Origin: Chrysomallon squamiferum
Taxonomy: Eukaryota; Animalia; Mollusca
Direction of reading: 5' to 3'
Length of the DNA: 64,000 nt
Assembly (NCBI GenBank): GCA_012295275.1
Contig: CM022678.1
Coordinates: forward strand, 12,834,001-12,898,000
Below the pieces are notes generated by a model. The model saw only the letters and a program-made list of their open reading frames with translations, did no database searches and was not told the origin of the DNA. A program made the position numbers and the translations under genes. Positions 32,930 to 46,911 of the stretch are shown here, one piece after another. Numbering within the stretch: position 1 is the stretch's first letter; each line of letters starts with the position of its first letter.

Positions 32930-33265
32930 AAATTAATAATAATAAATAAAAAATTAAACAAGCAAAATAAATAAATAAATTAATATTTAAATAAATAAAA
33001 CTTTAAAACCGCATACAGCCAATCAAAAACGTTGTAACAAAAGGTGTTCGTATTTTACTTTCTCTTTCGGTTTCAGCGTGGCTGCGCGCTGTCCAGGGAT
33101 TCGCGATTCTTGGAATTTTCTTTGGCGTGGTCTGCCTCATTCTGACCAGTGTGATGGCGTGGGGTCCCTGTGACCCCAACATGATGTTCAAATTATTTCT
33201 ACCTGTGTGGTATTTCGCAGGTATGGATTATTTTAATTAAACTGTAGATATATAGATAGATAGAA

Positions 33266-33296
<31 letters not shown>

Positions 33297-34241
33297 GAGA
33301 CAGACAGATAGATAGATAGACAGATAAAAAGATATACGCATATACAAAGATAAATAGACAAAACCAGAAGCATATATATAGGTCAACAGAAATAAATATA
33401 TCGATAGTTTTCGAGATGATCGATGTTTGAGTGGATAGATGGGTAGCTTGCAGAGAAAGAGAGAAGATAATGTGTTTGTGTTATTTTGAGTTTATTGGAT
33501 GCAATAACAGTCATGAATTAGGAATTAGTACAACCAGCAGCTGTACGGGCGCATGAATACAGTATTTAAAAAACAAATTTTATGAATTTTCAGATTTCTT
33601 TATATAGGGCGCACGAATTCAGTATTTCTTTAATTACTTTTTATGTGTTCAGGATGTAAAATTAATAGAAATAGTACTACACTGTATTCAGTATTTCTTT
33701 AATTGCTTTTTATGTGTTCAGGATGTAAAATTAATAGAAATAGTACTACACTGTATTCAGTATTTCTTTAATTACTTTTTATGTGTTCAGGATTCTGTAT
33801 GTAAAATTAATAGAAATAGTACTACACTGTATTCAGTATTTTTCTTTTTATGTTTAATTACTGTATTCAGTATTTCTTTTACTTTTATGTGTTCAGGATG
33901 TAAAATTAATAGAAATAGTACTACGCTGTATTCAGTATTTCTTTAATTACTTTTTATGTGTTCAGGATTCTGTATGTAAAATTAATAGAAATAGTACTAC
34001 ACTGTATTCAGTATTTCGTTAAATATTTTTTACGTTTTCAGGTTTCTCTATGTTGCTGGCCATAGTGATTTTTGGAGCGAGCATGCCACCCTACGAACGT
34101 ATTATTCCTGAATACGGCGTGCCTGGCCGGAGCAAACTTATCATTCAGAAATTCTGGACTGCTTTTATTATCGAATCCATCGCGTCTTGTGCCTGGAATG
34201 CGTTCGGCTTCGTGTTTCTCTGTGCTATTTGCTGTACGTAG
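32421..34241 (+). CDS. PMP22/EMP/claudin-superfamily four-TM protein, 190 aa, 3 coding exons
   Basis: Exons 32421-32649 (MAAGRK...TM1...DTW...MGLWWGC...GNC...VP), 33077-33220 (AWLRAVQGFAILGIFFGVVCLIL...VWYFA), 34042-34241 (GFSMLLAIVIFG...FWTAFIIESIASCAWNAFGFVFLCAICCT*). Phase-1 GT-AG introns. The W-GLW-C-C first-loop signature and the WL.AVQ.F motif are typical of this superfamily. Confidence 0.92.
33618..34018. repeat. ~68-78 bp minisatellite, ~5-6 copies, at the 3' end of claudin-like intron 2
   Basis: Unit TTCAGTATTTCTTTAATTACTTTTATGTGTTCAGGATGTAAAATTAATAGAAATAGTACTACACTGTA is repeated. Confidence 0.92.
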
Positions 34242-34498
34242 AAAACTCTAGGAAATGTCGTAGAAGAAAGATGTACTGTTGATAAGCCGTATGTATATTT
34301 TTCGCAAACAAGTAAAAGATGATTGCCTCGTTTAGTTTGGCAATATTTTTCTCGCGCATGCAGATTAGTACGCCATTAATGTGTGATGAGGTTAGTTCAT
34401 TATCACGCAGCTGTTGAGGGTAATGTTGAGGAGATAAAAATGTGATATTGATACCTGCAGCCAAGGTTAACTTAACTGCCATGTTGTTATAGTGCTTC

Positions 34499-34602
<104 letters not shown>

Positions 34603-35448
34603 AATATTTGTATATTTTCTTAATCTGTGTAAGTATCTGTTTATAAACAAATCTGTCTCCTATTCGCGTACATCATTAATTCTTTATCTATGTATTTATA
34701 AAGGGTGTAATATATACTGTATAAATCTGTGCTATTACTGTCATTCTCGTCAAATAAAAGAGCTTCTCATTATTATATTGTATTACATAACCATATTATA
34801 TATAAAAAATCTAGTATTTACAATTTGCATTTGTTTAGTAAATCAAGTAATACTTGTATAGTTATATACTTCAGTGTTGTATAATTTCCGTTTATTGTTA
34901 TTCATATGTATGTTTTTATATATATATATATATATATATAGTATTAATATGTTATCTGTTTATAAACTATATATAGTTCTGTATAATTATTCAAAACTTC
35001 TGTTGTTATTTGTACTTGAAAGATTTTTGAAACATTTAACATAAAAAAAAAAAATATTTCTCTAATGGGTTGTTTTGGAACAGAAAATGGTGGATAATTA
35101 TTTAAATTCATCTTGGCATAACAGAAAGCATTTACCATTCTCTTTGAAGTATTCGCAGATCGAAGCGAGAACGGGAAATAAGATCGTTTATGCATAACTC
35201 TGACAAAACTGATTTCTGCAATATCTAGGATCGAGTTTCTTAATTTTAGTCATATTCAAATATTTTTTTGTTTGTTACCGGCTATCAGTGGAATATCGAA
35301 TTAACATCAATAATAATAATAATAATAATAAGATGAAGAGGAAGAAGTAAAAGAAGAAGAAGAACAGCAACAACAACAACAATTTACGATTTAAATCTTA
35401 AATAAATAATAATAATTTATAGATAGATACATAGAGAGACAGACAGAC

Positions 35449-35510
<62 letters not shown>

Positions 35511-37433
35511 AACAGCTTGGGCATCGATAAAAAAGGAACAATTTTTTAAAATGAAAACTGTAAAATAAAACTAATTAAACATTTATTTAAATTATTCAGT
35601 TAATTATGGTAGTTATTCAAATTACTCTGTCAGAATTACGCTCTGTGAAAATTACTGAGATTTATGAACGTAATTAGCACATTTTACGTGACATATCTCG
35701 AAATAAAGCTGACGAAAATGATAAACGTTGTCATGGAGATGGACTGAAATAGTCATGTTACAAGAGTGGAACACGAAAATTACCCTGACTCGAGATAACA
35801 TCTCTGATAAATGGCGGTAAATTAAATAACATCTAGAGCAAGAAATTTACCATTCTGTGATAAATGATATTGCAGTCAATTAAATAACATCAAAACTAAG
35901 AAATTATCATAACCTCTACTAGTATTTATTACTGCACACCTACTGAAAATTAGAACAGATTTTCCATCCGTCTGCTTCACATTAAAGCAAACTCTTCATC
36001 TTCCTAAAAGCAAGGTCATTCTTTGTGGTCAAGCTAATCGTAATAAAACGCCTTTCGGCAATTAGCACAAAAAGCCTACAAAGTCGGAGTTGGCTATTTT
36101 TGCTCAATTTCTGTTCCACATGACAAAACAATCATGGCCGCTGGAAATGCATTATTATTAGTTTTCCGCCGAGATGACTGATCTGCTGAAAGTGTGAAAG
36201 TTATCTGAAGGAGAATTGGTGCTTTCCAAAATATGCCTCTTAAAAATAAAAAATACATCAAAAAAAAAAAAAAAAAAAAAAAAGAAAAAGAAAAAAGAGA
36301 AAAGAATAGAAATAATAATAGTAATAATAATAATAATAATGATAATAATAATAAATAAATAAATAAATAAATGATGCTGTTCAGCGATTTAGTCAATCCC
36401 TTCCTTTTGCCGAGCAGGGAATGAAAACGAATGCAAAATCTGTTTCAGTAATTTATTTGTATCTGAATCATGAATAACGAAATTAATTTATTTGGTGGTT
36501 TTATTTTTTATATTTTTTTATATATATTTTTTAAACTGTGTTATTTCAAATTCATAAATTTAAGAATAAAAATACAGTAAACCTAATTAAAGTAATGTAC
36601 AATTTACTCATAGTTTCTTTTAAGCCGGGTAAGGCCAAGTAACCTTCATTTACTGAGAAATTAATAATAATAACAACAACAACCACAACAACAACAATAA
36701 TAATAATAAATAAATAAATAATTTATTAGCAGGGAAAATAGCAGCTATTTAAACTGAATATCTAAAACTTCAAAACTTTCTGTGCGCGTTTCCCTTCAAC
36801 AACCAGAATATTCGTAAAATACTCTAAAACAAAATACATTATTTATTATTTGTTTTATTTTTAGCGCATTTCCAGTCTACAGTCAGTATTATTGGATTAC
36901 AGAGTAAATAATTCTTAAATAGTAATACAATTTTATTATAAACTTCGACTGAATGCATTTTACTAATTTTTATACGTATATCAGGATTAGTTTTCAAATA
37001 ATTTAAGTGACCTTGACATATTATTGTGGTAAACCGATCTAGCGCGTATGCTTTTTTTTTTTTTGTTGCTTTTTTTGCTTTTTCTGACGGAAAATAACAA
37101 CAAAGAGAGTACAGATACGAAAATATCCCTTGCTACCTGTGTCACCTTTTAATGTCTAATGTTTTTCGACGAACTTTACGTCTGCTTCCAAAGCCGATGT
37201 ATGAGTCACAGGCGCGGGCAGAAGAACGATTACCTCACATTCACAGTAAATGTCAAACAGATATGTGTAATTTGCAGACGTCAAACCATTAACGCATCTA
37301 ACGAGTTAAGTAAATGTACTATTAGCCTCGCCGCACAAAATGCCAGAATAATTGTCATCTTTTCCAAAAGTGAACTGTACACAGCTACAACCTGTGGTTC
37401 TTGCCATTTAAACACCTGCAGTAATACTTAATT

Positions 37434-37636
37434 ATATTTGATTCAGTAGTGAAAATTAATGAGTACTTATTATAACAAGAACAACAAAAAGAAAAACTAC
37501 AGAAAAAAATTAAATAGAAAAAGAAAGGAAGAAAAAATGAAAGAAAAAAAGATGTTAAGAAACATTTTTTTTTACAGACGAAAGTAAATAAATAAAATAA
37601 ATAAAATAATTAACAGTTATGTAAATAAATAAAAAT

Positions 37637-37672
<36 letters not shown>

Positions 37673-37960
37673 TACAGACTCACATACGCACACATACATA
37701 TTTGATTCAGTGATGTCTTTATAGTAATGGACAACTTTAAAGATGAAAATTAATGAGTAGTTATTACAACAACAACAACAAAAAGAAAAACTACAGAAAA
37801 AGAAACAAAATAAAGAAAGAAAGAAAAAATATAAATTTTTTTTTTTTTTTTTACAGAAGAAAGTAAATAAATAAAATAAATAAAATAACAGTTATGTAAA
37901 TAAAAAATACTACGTAATATATATATATATTATACACACACATACATACATACATACATA
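37434..37960. repeat. Diverged ~265-bp tandem duplication
   Basis: ATATTTGATTCAGT...GAAAATTAATGAGTA...AAAAGAAAAACTACAGAAAA...AAAGTAAATAAATAAAATAAATAAAATAA...CAGTTATGTAAATAAA occurs from ~37434 and again from ~37698. Confidence 0.8.
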
Positions 37961-38365
37961 CAGACATATACATAAACATACTATGAAAATATTTATTATT
38001 TATTTATTTTATTTTATTTTTTTTTTTAAATAAACCCTCATAATGTTTGTAAAGAAAGGAAAAAAAAAAAAAAAAATGTAGGGTTTGTTTTTTTCTCTTT
38101 TTTTCTCTTTTCTTTTTAAATTTTTTTTGCATTTCTCATTGGTCTTTTGATTACACATGATTACAGATCTTGAACTTTGATCTTATCTCGTGATTTGATT
38201 AGACGAGAACAGCCAAAAATAAAACAAAGGTTACGAGATAAGGGGAGTTAACCGCCAATATGCTCTTTTTACAAGTTCACTGAATTGTCTATACTTTTGC
38301 CAAATTATAGTCAGTGGACTATGTTTGTTATATGCATACACATATTTATAAAACTGTTGAGGCGG

Positions 38366-38379
38366 GTAACCATGGTAAC
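38366..38379. promoter_or_regulatory. RFX X-box consensus match (GTAACCATGGTAAC)
   Basis: Matches GTNRCC-N2-RGYAAC. It lies ~1.8 kb upstream of the SLC25A51-like ATG; function is unproven. Confidence 0.4.
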
Positions 38380-40167
38380 GGAGCGTTTAAAACGCATGTT
38401 GCAGTGACACAGACGTCTGAGATTTTGCAGGGCATGGGGAGGAGAAAAGTAAAAATAGTAAGTGGAACAAAACAGAACTTAACTAATGGTAACTGAAATA
38501 CATGAAAGGAAAAATCAAATCATACGAAATCAACAAATAAAAACAGTAACTAATATTAATAACAACAATAACACCGCAGCTCCGAACAGTTAACAATCAG
38601 TAACAATAACAATAACAACACTGCACAGTATTAGTAGTCAATAACAACACTTACAGTACAGTATTAGTAGTCAGTAACAACTCCGTTAACAACAACGTCA
38701 ACCAACTCTAAAGTACAGTATTATTAATCAAATGTAGTTTTAAGCCGGCCATTTTAACACCATTGCAATACCACTGGCAAAGCAGTCCCCAAAGAAACAA
38801 ACCACACACACAAAAAAATATATATATATATAAACAACCCACAGATTAGATTATTAGTCTGTTGTTTAAATAATTTTTCATCTTTGTTCTTTTTTTTTTT
38901 TTCTTGTTCATTTTGATATTTTTTCTGTAAAATACAGTGCAGATGATCCTTGATTAATGAACATTTTTTCTTTTCTTTTCTTTTTTGGCATTTAACTGGT
39001 TATGGTTAATGATAAAAAATCATTTTAATGTGTATTGCAACCTATAAGGCAAAATTTCTCCAATAGATGTCGCTACTTAATCAACTTATTTCAAAGATTT
39101 GTTCCGCGAGCGAATGGTTTTGAAGGAACCAGTTGATCAATAGAAGTTAAAAAAAGAGAGAAATATTAAACTTACTGGCGTCCAAAGACGACTGAACGCA
39201 TTTTTTTATTTTTGATTCTAAAGGTAAATAAACAGATTTAAGAGAGTGACTTATGAATGCACGAGATTGTCATTAACCTACTTTAATGCATGATAAATCG
39301 TGCTGTTATCGGACGCCGGAGAAAAGCAACTGTATGGACTAAAATCTTAACATGAATGGATGGAAGAATCGCAGATGGTAATTTAACCTGTTTGAGGCTA
39401 GTCTAAAGATTATCTGGGTGAATGATATCCATTTTGAAAGACTGAGAGTCTAGTCGTAATAGTTTTTATATAAGATATGATTCTAAATTTATTAGAATTT
39501 ATTTTATATTAAGCTTTTTAGTATTGATTGTCTAAATATAATATAATTTATTTAATATCATTTAAATACACATGTACTTTATAATTCGTTGTTTGCAAAT
39601 TTCTGGTAGACATATTTTTAGCCATGTAACAATATTATGAGGCTATCGATTATACTCTCGTCTTTTCTTTTTAACCCTAAATTATATTTCATCATGAACA
39701 TTATGATCACTGAATCATGACTGTATTTCATCATTTATTTTTATTTTATTTTTTATTTTTATTTTATTTTATGAAAACGAGTATTTCTTTAAAAAGAATA
39801 CTTAAAACCTTTCTGTTCAATGTAAGCTTCAGGTAATGTATAAATATTTTCGATTTTTTAATATTTTATTTGTTAATTTCAGGCAGATATAGGTTGAAGC
39901 AAGGATTATGATTTCAATACCAACGACAATTTGATTAAATCTGATTTAAAAATTAACATACAGAGTTTTAATTTAATATTTTTTAAAGTGTATCACTCAA
40001 TCCTTTTTTTCTTTTTGGATAGTTACCACATATATATATATTTATAATTTCTTTTTTCTGTGCTAGGATTTTAACACACTAAGAAGACTGTGGTCAGAAA
40101 AAATAAAAATAAGTCATGTTGTGGCTGGCAAAGGAGACGAGATTGAGAAAATACTGGTGACAAAATT

Positions 40168-41040
40168 ATGCATGATAAAAGCACCATGTATCAGGCAACA
40201 GAGTATGAAGATAACTACAGTGAGTTTGTTTGTGGGTGGGGAGCAGCCTTTGTGAACATCACAGCCACCTTCCCGCTGAACAAGGCAATATTCAGACAGC
40301 AGCTTCATGGAATCTCAGGTTTCCGAGCTATTGGTCAGTTGCGGAAAGAAGGTCTGCATAATCTTTACCGTGGTGTGTTCCCCCCTCTTCTTCAGAAAAC
40401 CACGTCATTGTCCCTGATGTTTGGAATGTACTACAGATTTCAGCGCCTTCTTATTGACCACTACCCTCATGTTCAGAAACCTGTAACTCAGGCAACAGCA
40501 GCCTTTATGGCTGGAACCGTAGAGGCAACGCTGGCACCATTTGAACGTATTCAGACATTGTTACAAGACCGAAGTTACCACAAACATCTGAAAAACACCA
40601 CGCACGCCTTTATGGAGCTGCGACATTATGGACTGCGGGAATACTATCGCGGCTTCACTCCAATTCTGATAAGAAATGGACCCAGTAACATCATGTTCTT
40701 CTTGGGCAGGGATTACTTTCAGACAGTTCTTCCACTACGAGATGAAGGGAAAGAAAAACTAATCAAAGACTTTATCAGTGGTGCTCTGCTTGGTGCCTTT
40801 ATCAGCACAGTCTATTTCCCTGTCAATGTCGTCAAAACAAGGATGCAGTCTCAGTTAGGTGGACCATTTGTTGGCTTCTTGCAGACATTTCGTGTTGTGA
40901 TGATAGAGAGAAAGTACAGCATCACCAGACTGTTTCGAGGCTATCATCTCAACTACATGCGGTCTTTCCTGTCCTGGGGTATTATCAACATGTCCTACGA
41001 ATTCTTTATGCAAAACATTTCCCGAAACCGAGCCCCGTGA
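40168..41040 (+). CDS. SLC25A51: Mitochondrial carrier, SLC25A51 (MCART1)-like NAD+ transporter, 290 aa, intronless CDS
   Basis: Three carrier repeats with signatures FPLNKAIFRQQ, APFERIQTLLQ and FPVNVVKTRMQ. The motifs CG.GAAF.NI..TFP..K..FRQQL.G, LYRG..PPL.QKT...LMFG.Y, EA.L.PFER.QTLLQ, YYRG..PIL.RNG.SN and RS..SWGIIN..YE are characteristic of the SLC25A51/52 clade. An in-frame stop at 40144 fixes the start; a likely UTR acceptor is at 40065-66. Confidence 0.93.
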   Translation: MHDKSTMYQATEYEDNYSEFVCGWGAAFVNITATFPLNKAIFRQQLHGISGFRAIGQLRKEGLHNLYRGVFPPLLQKTTSLSLMFGMYYRFQRLLIDHYPHVQKPVTQATAAFMAGTVEATLAPFERIQTLLQDRSYHKHLKNTTHAFMELRHYGLREYYRGFTPILIRNGPSNIMFFLGRDYFQTVLPLRDEGKEKLIKDFISGALLGAFISTVYFPVNVVKTRMQSQLGGPFVGFLQTFRVVMIERKYSITRLFRGYHLNYMRSFLSWGIINMSYEFFMQNISRNRAP

Positions 41041-42657
41041 AGTGCTGTGTGATAAATAGATTTATTTCTGCTGTGCAAAATACTCTAATAACATGTTAAC
41101 AAACTGTGCAGATGGCAAAGTGAGTGTTTTATAAATAATGATACAAAATTGTAGATTATAATGCGTGTGTGTGTGAATGTTTATAATGTTTAATTATGAA
41201 AGCATGAAGATTTCTATTAATTAAAATTATATATTTAGATTATATCATGAGCATGGAAATATATATTTAGATTATATTGTGAGCATGGAAATATATATAA
41301 ATATAATATAAAAAAATGATTTTTAAATTTTCAAATTTTGACGTGTGTTTATTTTGACTGATTTAGAGGTGTTAATAATGTAACTGATAGATAAAACATC
41401 TCACAGTATAAATCAAAATTATTCAGGACGACGACTTAAACAGTTAACAGTTTGAGAGCTTAGAATACTATCAGCAAATTACTTATCTCTATCAACTGTA
41501 GACTTCTGAACTGTCATTATTTTCATACTGTTAAGACATTTTTAAATGATTTCACTGGATTGAGTCAATCACTCTTTCATCATGTGGAATGTGTGACAGT
41601 CTAAGTGTAGACATGTTGAATGAAACTGATGGTCAGTGAGTGGTCACTGTGTGGCTGACTTACAAGTATGAAAATGGGCATAAATCAGCTAATAGGCTTT
41701 TTGTAATTTTGTGTCGATTCTTGCCTTAATATGTCAGTGTGTCGATTAAAAAGAAACCTGTGTGTGTGTGTGTGTGTGTGTGTGCCTTGTAAATACATGT
41801 ATGTGTGTAGGAGCAAGACTGAGAATGCATAACAGTTGATTTATGAACAATCATGTATCAGTGAGTTGACAAATGTCATGTTATCAGGCAGCTAAACATA
41901 TGTATCACATTTAGAAAGTTTAAATAATATAGATTCTAAAACACCACATACCATCAATTTATATTTAAATTTAATTAATTATTTCTTTTTAAATCTATTA
42001 ATACTCGAAAATTCATGAAAACTGCTTCTCTATGTTTGCTAATTAGATAATAGAGTAATGAATGTGAAAACAAGTTTTTATTTATATTACCAGTTTTACA
42101 GACAGAGACAGACAAACAGAGACATACACATCCACATAAAAACACATAGCAATATTGTGATTCAAATATTTTATTTTAATAGTAAATGTTAGAACTTCAA
42201 CCTCATGTTAAGAGTTTATGATTAAATGTTTATTTTATCATAATTTGAAGCTGTTGTTACGACCACTCAAAGTATTATTGTTTATTACTACTTGTTGTTT
42301 TTACTAGTATTATTGTTAGTTGTAGTATTTATTTTCAATCTGTGACTATTGTCATCTTGATTCAAATTTGAAAATGTACATGAAAAAACAAATTATTGTA
42401 GTAATTAGATCAAAACAAATTACTAAATGAATTTGCATTATAGTATGAATATATAATAGGCAGTAGCATTATTTACAACAAAAAAATAAAAAGAATTGTA
42501 GGAAAGAAAATAATAAAGAAGAAAAAGAGTTGAACCAGCAAATACAGATGTTACTGTTTGTTATAGTGAAAGATAAAATTATAATTTTCTGTTTAGAAAT
42601 AGATTAGATTATTTTGTATACTTGTTATAGATTATAGGATACAGCCATATGTATTCA

Positions 42658-42699
<42 letters not shown>

Positions 42700-42949
42700 G
42701 ACATGCATACACATGTACACACATAGAAATAGATAAACATTGTCTATTTTTTATTTATTTTACATTAGATAATAAATTTATTATATATTACTTTATAGCA
42801 AATCTGGTTATTTGTCCAGTAACTACATACAGTATTTTATTATCTGCACAATGATGACATATGAGAAGAAAAGCCCTAAAAACCCCAAACCTTGCCTGGT
42901 TGCCACTTTGTAAACTTTTCTTACTGATGGCTGCAGGGGATTGTTAAAG

Positions 42950-43162
42950 AAATTTTCTAAAAAACAAGCAGTTAATTATACATGTCATTTTTCTAAAAAA
43001 AACAAGCAGTCAATTATACATGTAATATTTCTAAAAAACAAGCAGTTAATTATAATGTAATTTTTCTAAAAAAACAGTTAATTATAAACGTAATTTTTCT
43101 AAAAAACAAACAGTTAATTATAAATGTAATTTTTCTAAAAAACAAACAGTTAATTATAATGT
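42950..43162. repeat. ~33-38 bp minisatellite, ~6 copies
   Basis: TTTTCTAAAAAACAAGCAGTTAATTATACATGTAAT-like units. Confidence 0.88.
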
Positions 43163-43611
43163 AAAGAAGACAACACACACCTCAGTTTTTGAAAAATCAG
43201 ACAATGGGTGTTGGAACTGGAAATACCCCAATGTGAGAATTATTAAATCCTTATGTTTCTCTCTTTGAACTGTCATGTACACTAGAATCTGCTTCTCTGT
43301 GTGGAAGTCAGTGTGGAATATCAGAGTAGTACTGTACAAAAGCTAACATTACAAAAACCATTCCTTAATTATAATTTGTTTTTATCTCTTTTTTTACTTA
43401 CCAATGCAGAACCTGCTATTTTAACAGAAAAATCAACATGATGAAATTGGTGGTAAATTACAATATGTATATGTTGCAGTTGCTATAGTAACCTGAAACC
43501 ATTTTAATTTTAAAGTTTCAGTTATTTACAAATGCAAAAAGAAAAATGATGGATTATATATATATGTGTGTGTGTGTGTGTTTGTGTGTGTGAGACATCA
43601 CTTCATGTGTA

Positions 43612-43647
<36 letters not shown>

Positions 43648-44097
43648 AAAACATAAATAAAGTGAAACTGGCTGATATTCACCAGTGAAAAAATATGATC
43701 ACTTTTATGTATAAAATAAATAAATACATAATAATAATAGTAAAAATTAATATAATAAAACAACCATGAACAATGTTTCTTTTCTTTAAGAAATATCAAA
43801 GTTGAAATACTAATTTAACTAATTAACTCTAGGTTATTGACACACTTGTATTTGCATGTTAGATTGAATTATTATGATGCTGTGTTTAACACATGTTTAT
43901 CATTGTAGTGGAAATGTATACTTCATTGTGATATAAAACATACTTTTGTAATAATAAACAGATATATTTCTATGTGATGTTTGTGATATGAAGTTGTATT
44001 GAAAAATAATACTTAATGATTGTTAACTTTTATTAACTGTCAACAACTGTATCTGTCTGTCAATCTTTTCTGTGTCAATTTTCCATACAGAAATCAT

Positions 44098-44131
<34 letters not shown>

Positions 44132-45232
44132 ATGATTATATACATATGTAATTATTATTATTATTACAAATAAGTGCTCTTTATTTTGAGTATGTTTGTT
44201 ATTAGAAGAAAATGGGAAAAGAACCAATATTTTAGTTTGTTTAAATCTGGTGCCATTTTGGATACATCAAGCGCACAAAATATTAACTACATATTGCTGA
44301 AAATAATATGCTGAAAAATATATGCAAATCGTTTAATCCATTTTATTGGTTGCTTTATTTATCATCTGTTATGTCATCTGAATTTAGCTGTGCTGAATCT
44401 CAAATGCTTGATGAATGCTTTGCTGCTTGATGAATGCTTTGCGGATGCTTTTGTGATGTCATAGATCAACATACTCCAAACTGATCACATTTTATTAATA
44501 TCTACATATAATCATGAAGGTTATGTTTGCAAGTTCTAAATTACCCCAAGTCATGAACTGTCAGGAATTCCTCACTGTAAATTTCTGTAGCTGATAATTC
44601 TTTATCATTTATCATGAAGTTTCACGAATCATGTAGTTAACTGTTTAATAATAAACATGAATTCTTACATTAACTTCTATACTTCATATGTATTTACAGT
44701 ACTAATTCTTAGTAATAAAGTTTTACAACTAAGAGTTAGTGGATGTTTTCATTAATGATCTTATGGAAGTGTTGAACTGTTCAATAATGGACTCTTAGTG
44801 AAAACAGAAAATTATCTGTTACCAACTCTATTATCATGAATTCATTCAACAAACCTTTCCAGTGACAAACTTTTAATTAAAATTTTTTTAACAGTAAATT
44901 ATTCATGAATAAACTTGATCATCACTCGTGCAGTTAGCCACAAACTGTTGAAGCAGAAAATTTGTTTTCTTATTATTAAAACTGCATTTAGAAATGTAAA
45001 CTATTTTCTTATTAACTGAGTGATGTTGTTTTGCTGCGTTTTTATAGAAATGAAAATAACATTTGTTAGTTGTCAGATTAAAGTTGTTACATTGAGAGTG
45101 AACTTGTTTTTATTGTGTGATTATTATTATTATTGTTAACATTACTACTATTATTTTACTGTTATTATTATTACTATATTATTCTTATTATTTCTATTAC
45201 TGATACTGTAATATTTTTATTATTATTAATTT

Positions 45233-45301
<69 letters not shown>

Positions 45302-45649
45302 TTTTTTCTCTCATTACCATGATGTGGCAACAAAATAGCAAACAACAGTCTAGATGCTGGTGTATCAGATGTTACATGGACAAGCAGTTTCTATTAACAC
45401 ATATTCACTGGCCTACATTTCAAACACCACGTAATGTTGAAACTGAACTGATGCACAGACACAAAGACAGAATTGTTTTCTTCTTTCAAGCCTTGACCTT
45501 TCTCACCCAAATCTTTAACGTAATCTTTTTTTCTCAAGACATTTTATTAAGTGATGTTTGAGACCATTATTTATGATTTAAAAAACCCAAAAGATTATTT
45601 ATTAGTTTAATTTCTTTTTTAAATTTAATAACTTTACCATGGTTTGAGG

Positions 45650-45690
<41 letters not shown>

Positions 45691-46539
45691 TGCATGTTGT
45701 GTGTGTATCACAAGATTAATTCTTGGAAAACACAGAAAGTGAAGGTATAATAAAATATATTTTCTTGCTGATCAAAGAGTAGAGAACAGTTTTCCTCTCA
45801 TAAAATCATGTGACAAATTATCGGATTGTAAATAAATATGAATCCAGTAAATTAAAAGTAAATAATTACATTCCAATTATAAAACATATTTATATTTTCT
45901 TTTTAAAATGCATTATACAAGTTGTGCTGAAAAATAATAAATATGAATTTAAAGTAATAAAAATTACAATTCATAGAAGATAAAAGTATTTATTTACATT
46001 CAGCTCTGGTTATTTTACAAACACACATATACACAAAACAGACACACAGGCACCCACACACAGGATCAAACCATTTATCTGCTTGCAGAAAACTGTTATT
46101 GAAACTAGTTGAGTCCAGTTCAAATGAGTGTTGCTGTGTACGAGTTACACAAAAACTCAGTTTATTGTCTCAGTGTACTCTTGTTTTCACTTATCATGTC
46201 TAAAACTAAAAGCAGAAACAGAACTTGCTAGAAAAAAACATTCTTTTCAGTTATTTTAAGAATTTTAATGTCAAACAGACCTTGTTTAAAAATAATACTG
46301 ATTTGCATCTGTTGAATAGCTTCTCTCTTTATTTTTCATTGTTAATTTTATATTTTAAGTAAAGATTTAACCTGTATCCCAGTATCATACAAATCCAGAA
46401 ACGCAGACAACAGATAAATGTTTCTGTGCCTGTGCATGTATGTACATTATTCACACCTGATCACACGTAGCAGTAACATGTGGTTCCATTAATATAGTTC
46501 ATACTGAATAGGTACTGCATATGTTTACAAACAGAAACT

Positions 46540-46570
<31 letters not shown>

Positions 46571-46866
46571 ACAGAGCTGTTTTAATATGAACCCAAATAA
46601 TTTGATAAACATCTTGAAAATACATTGCCTATAATTATATAATATGTGTTACTGTTTTAGTGTTCAGGCAGGCTTGAAATACGATACAGTGTTCAGTATT
46701 TAAAATACATATAATCATCTTAACTATTATAATATTAGTTATAATCTACTTTTTTTTAATGCTGGGAAAAATTTTCAGGTTAATCTTGAAGAAAAAGCTC
46801 CACAACATATTGATATATAAAAGTTATTATATAAGATATATACAGAACTAGTTATTAACCGATAAG

Positions 46867-46911
<45 letters not shown>

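Noticed and set aside
40168-41040. Intronless CDS suggesting a retrocopy or horizontal transfer
   Set aside because: SLC25A51-family genes commonly have a single coding exon. There is an upstream UTR acceptor, an intact frame, and no poly-A tail or TSD.
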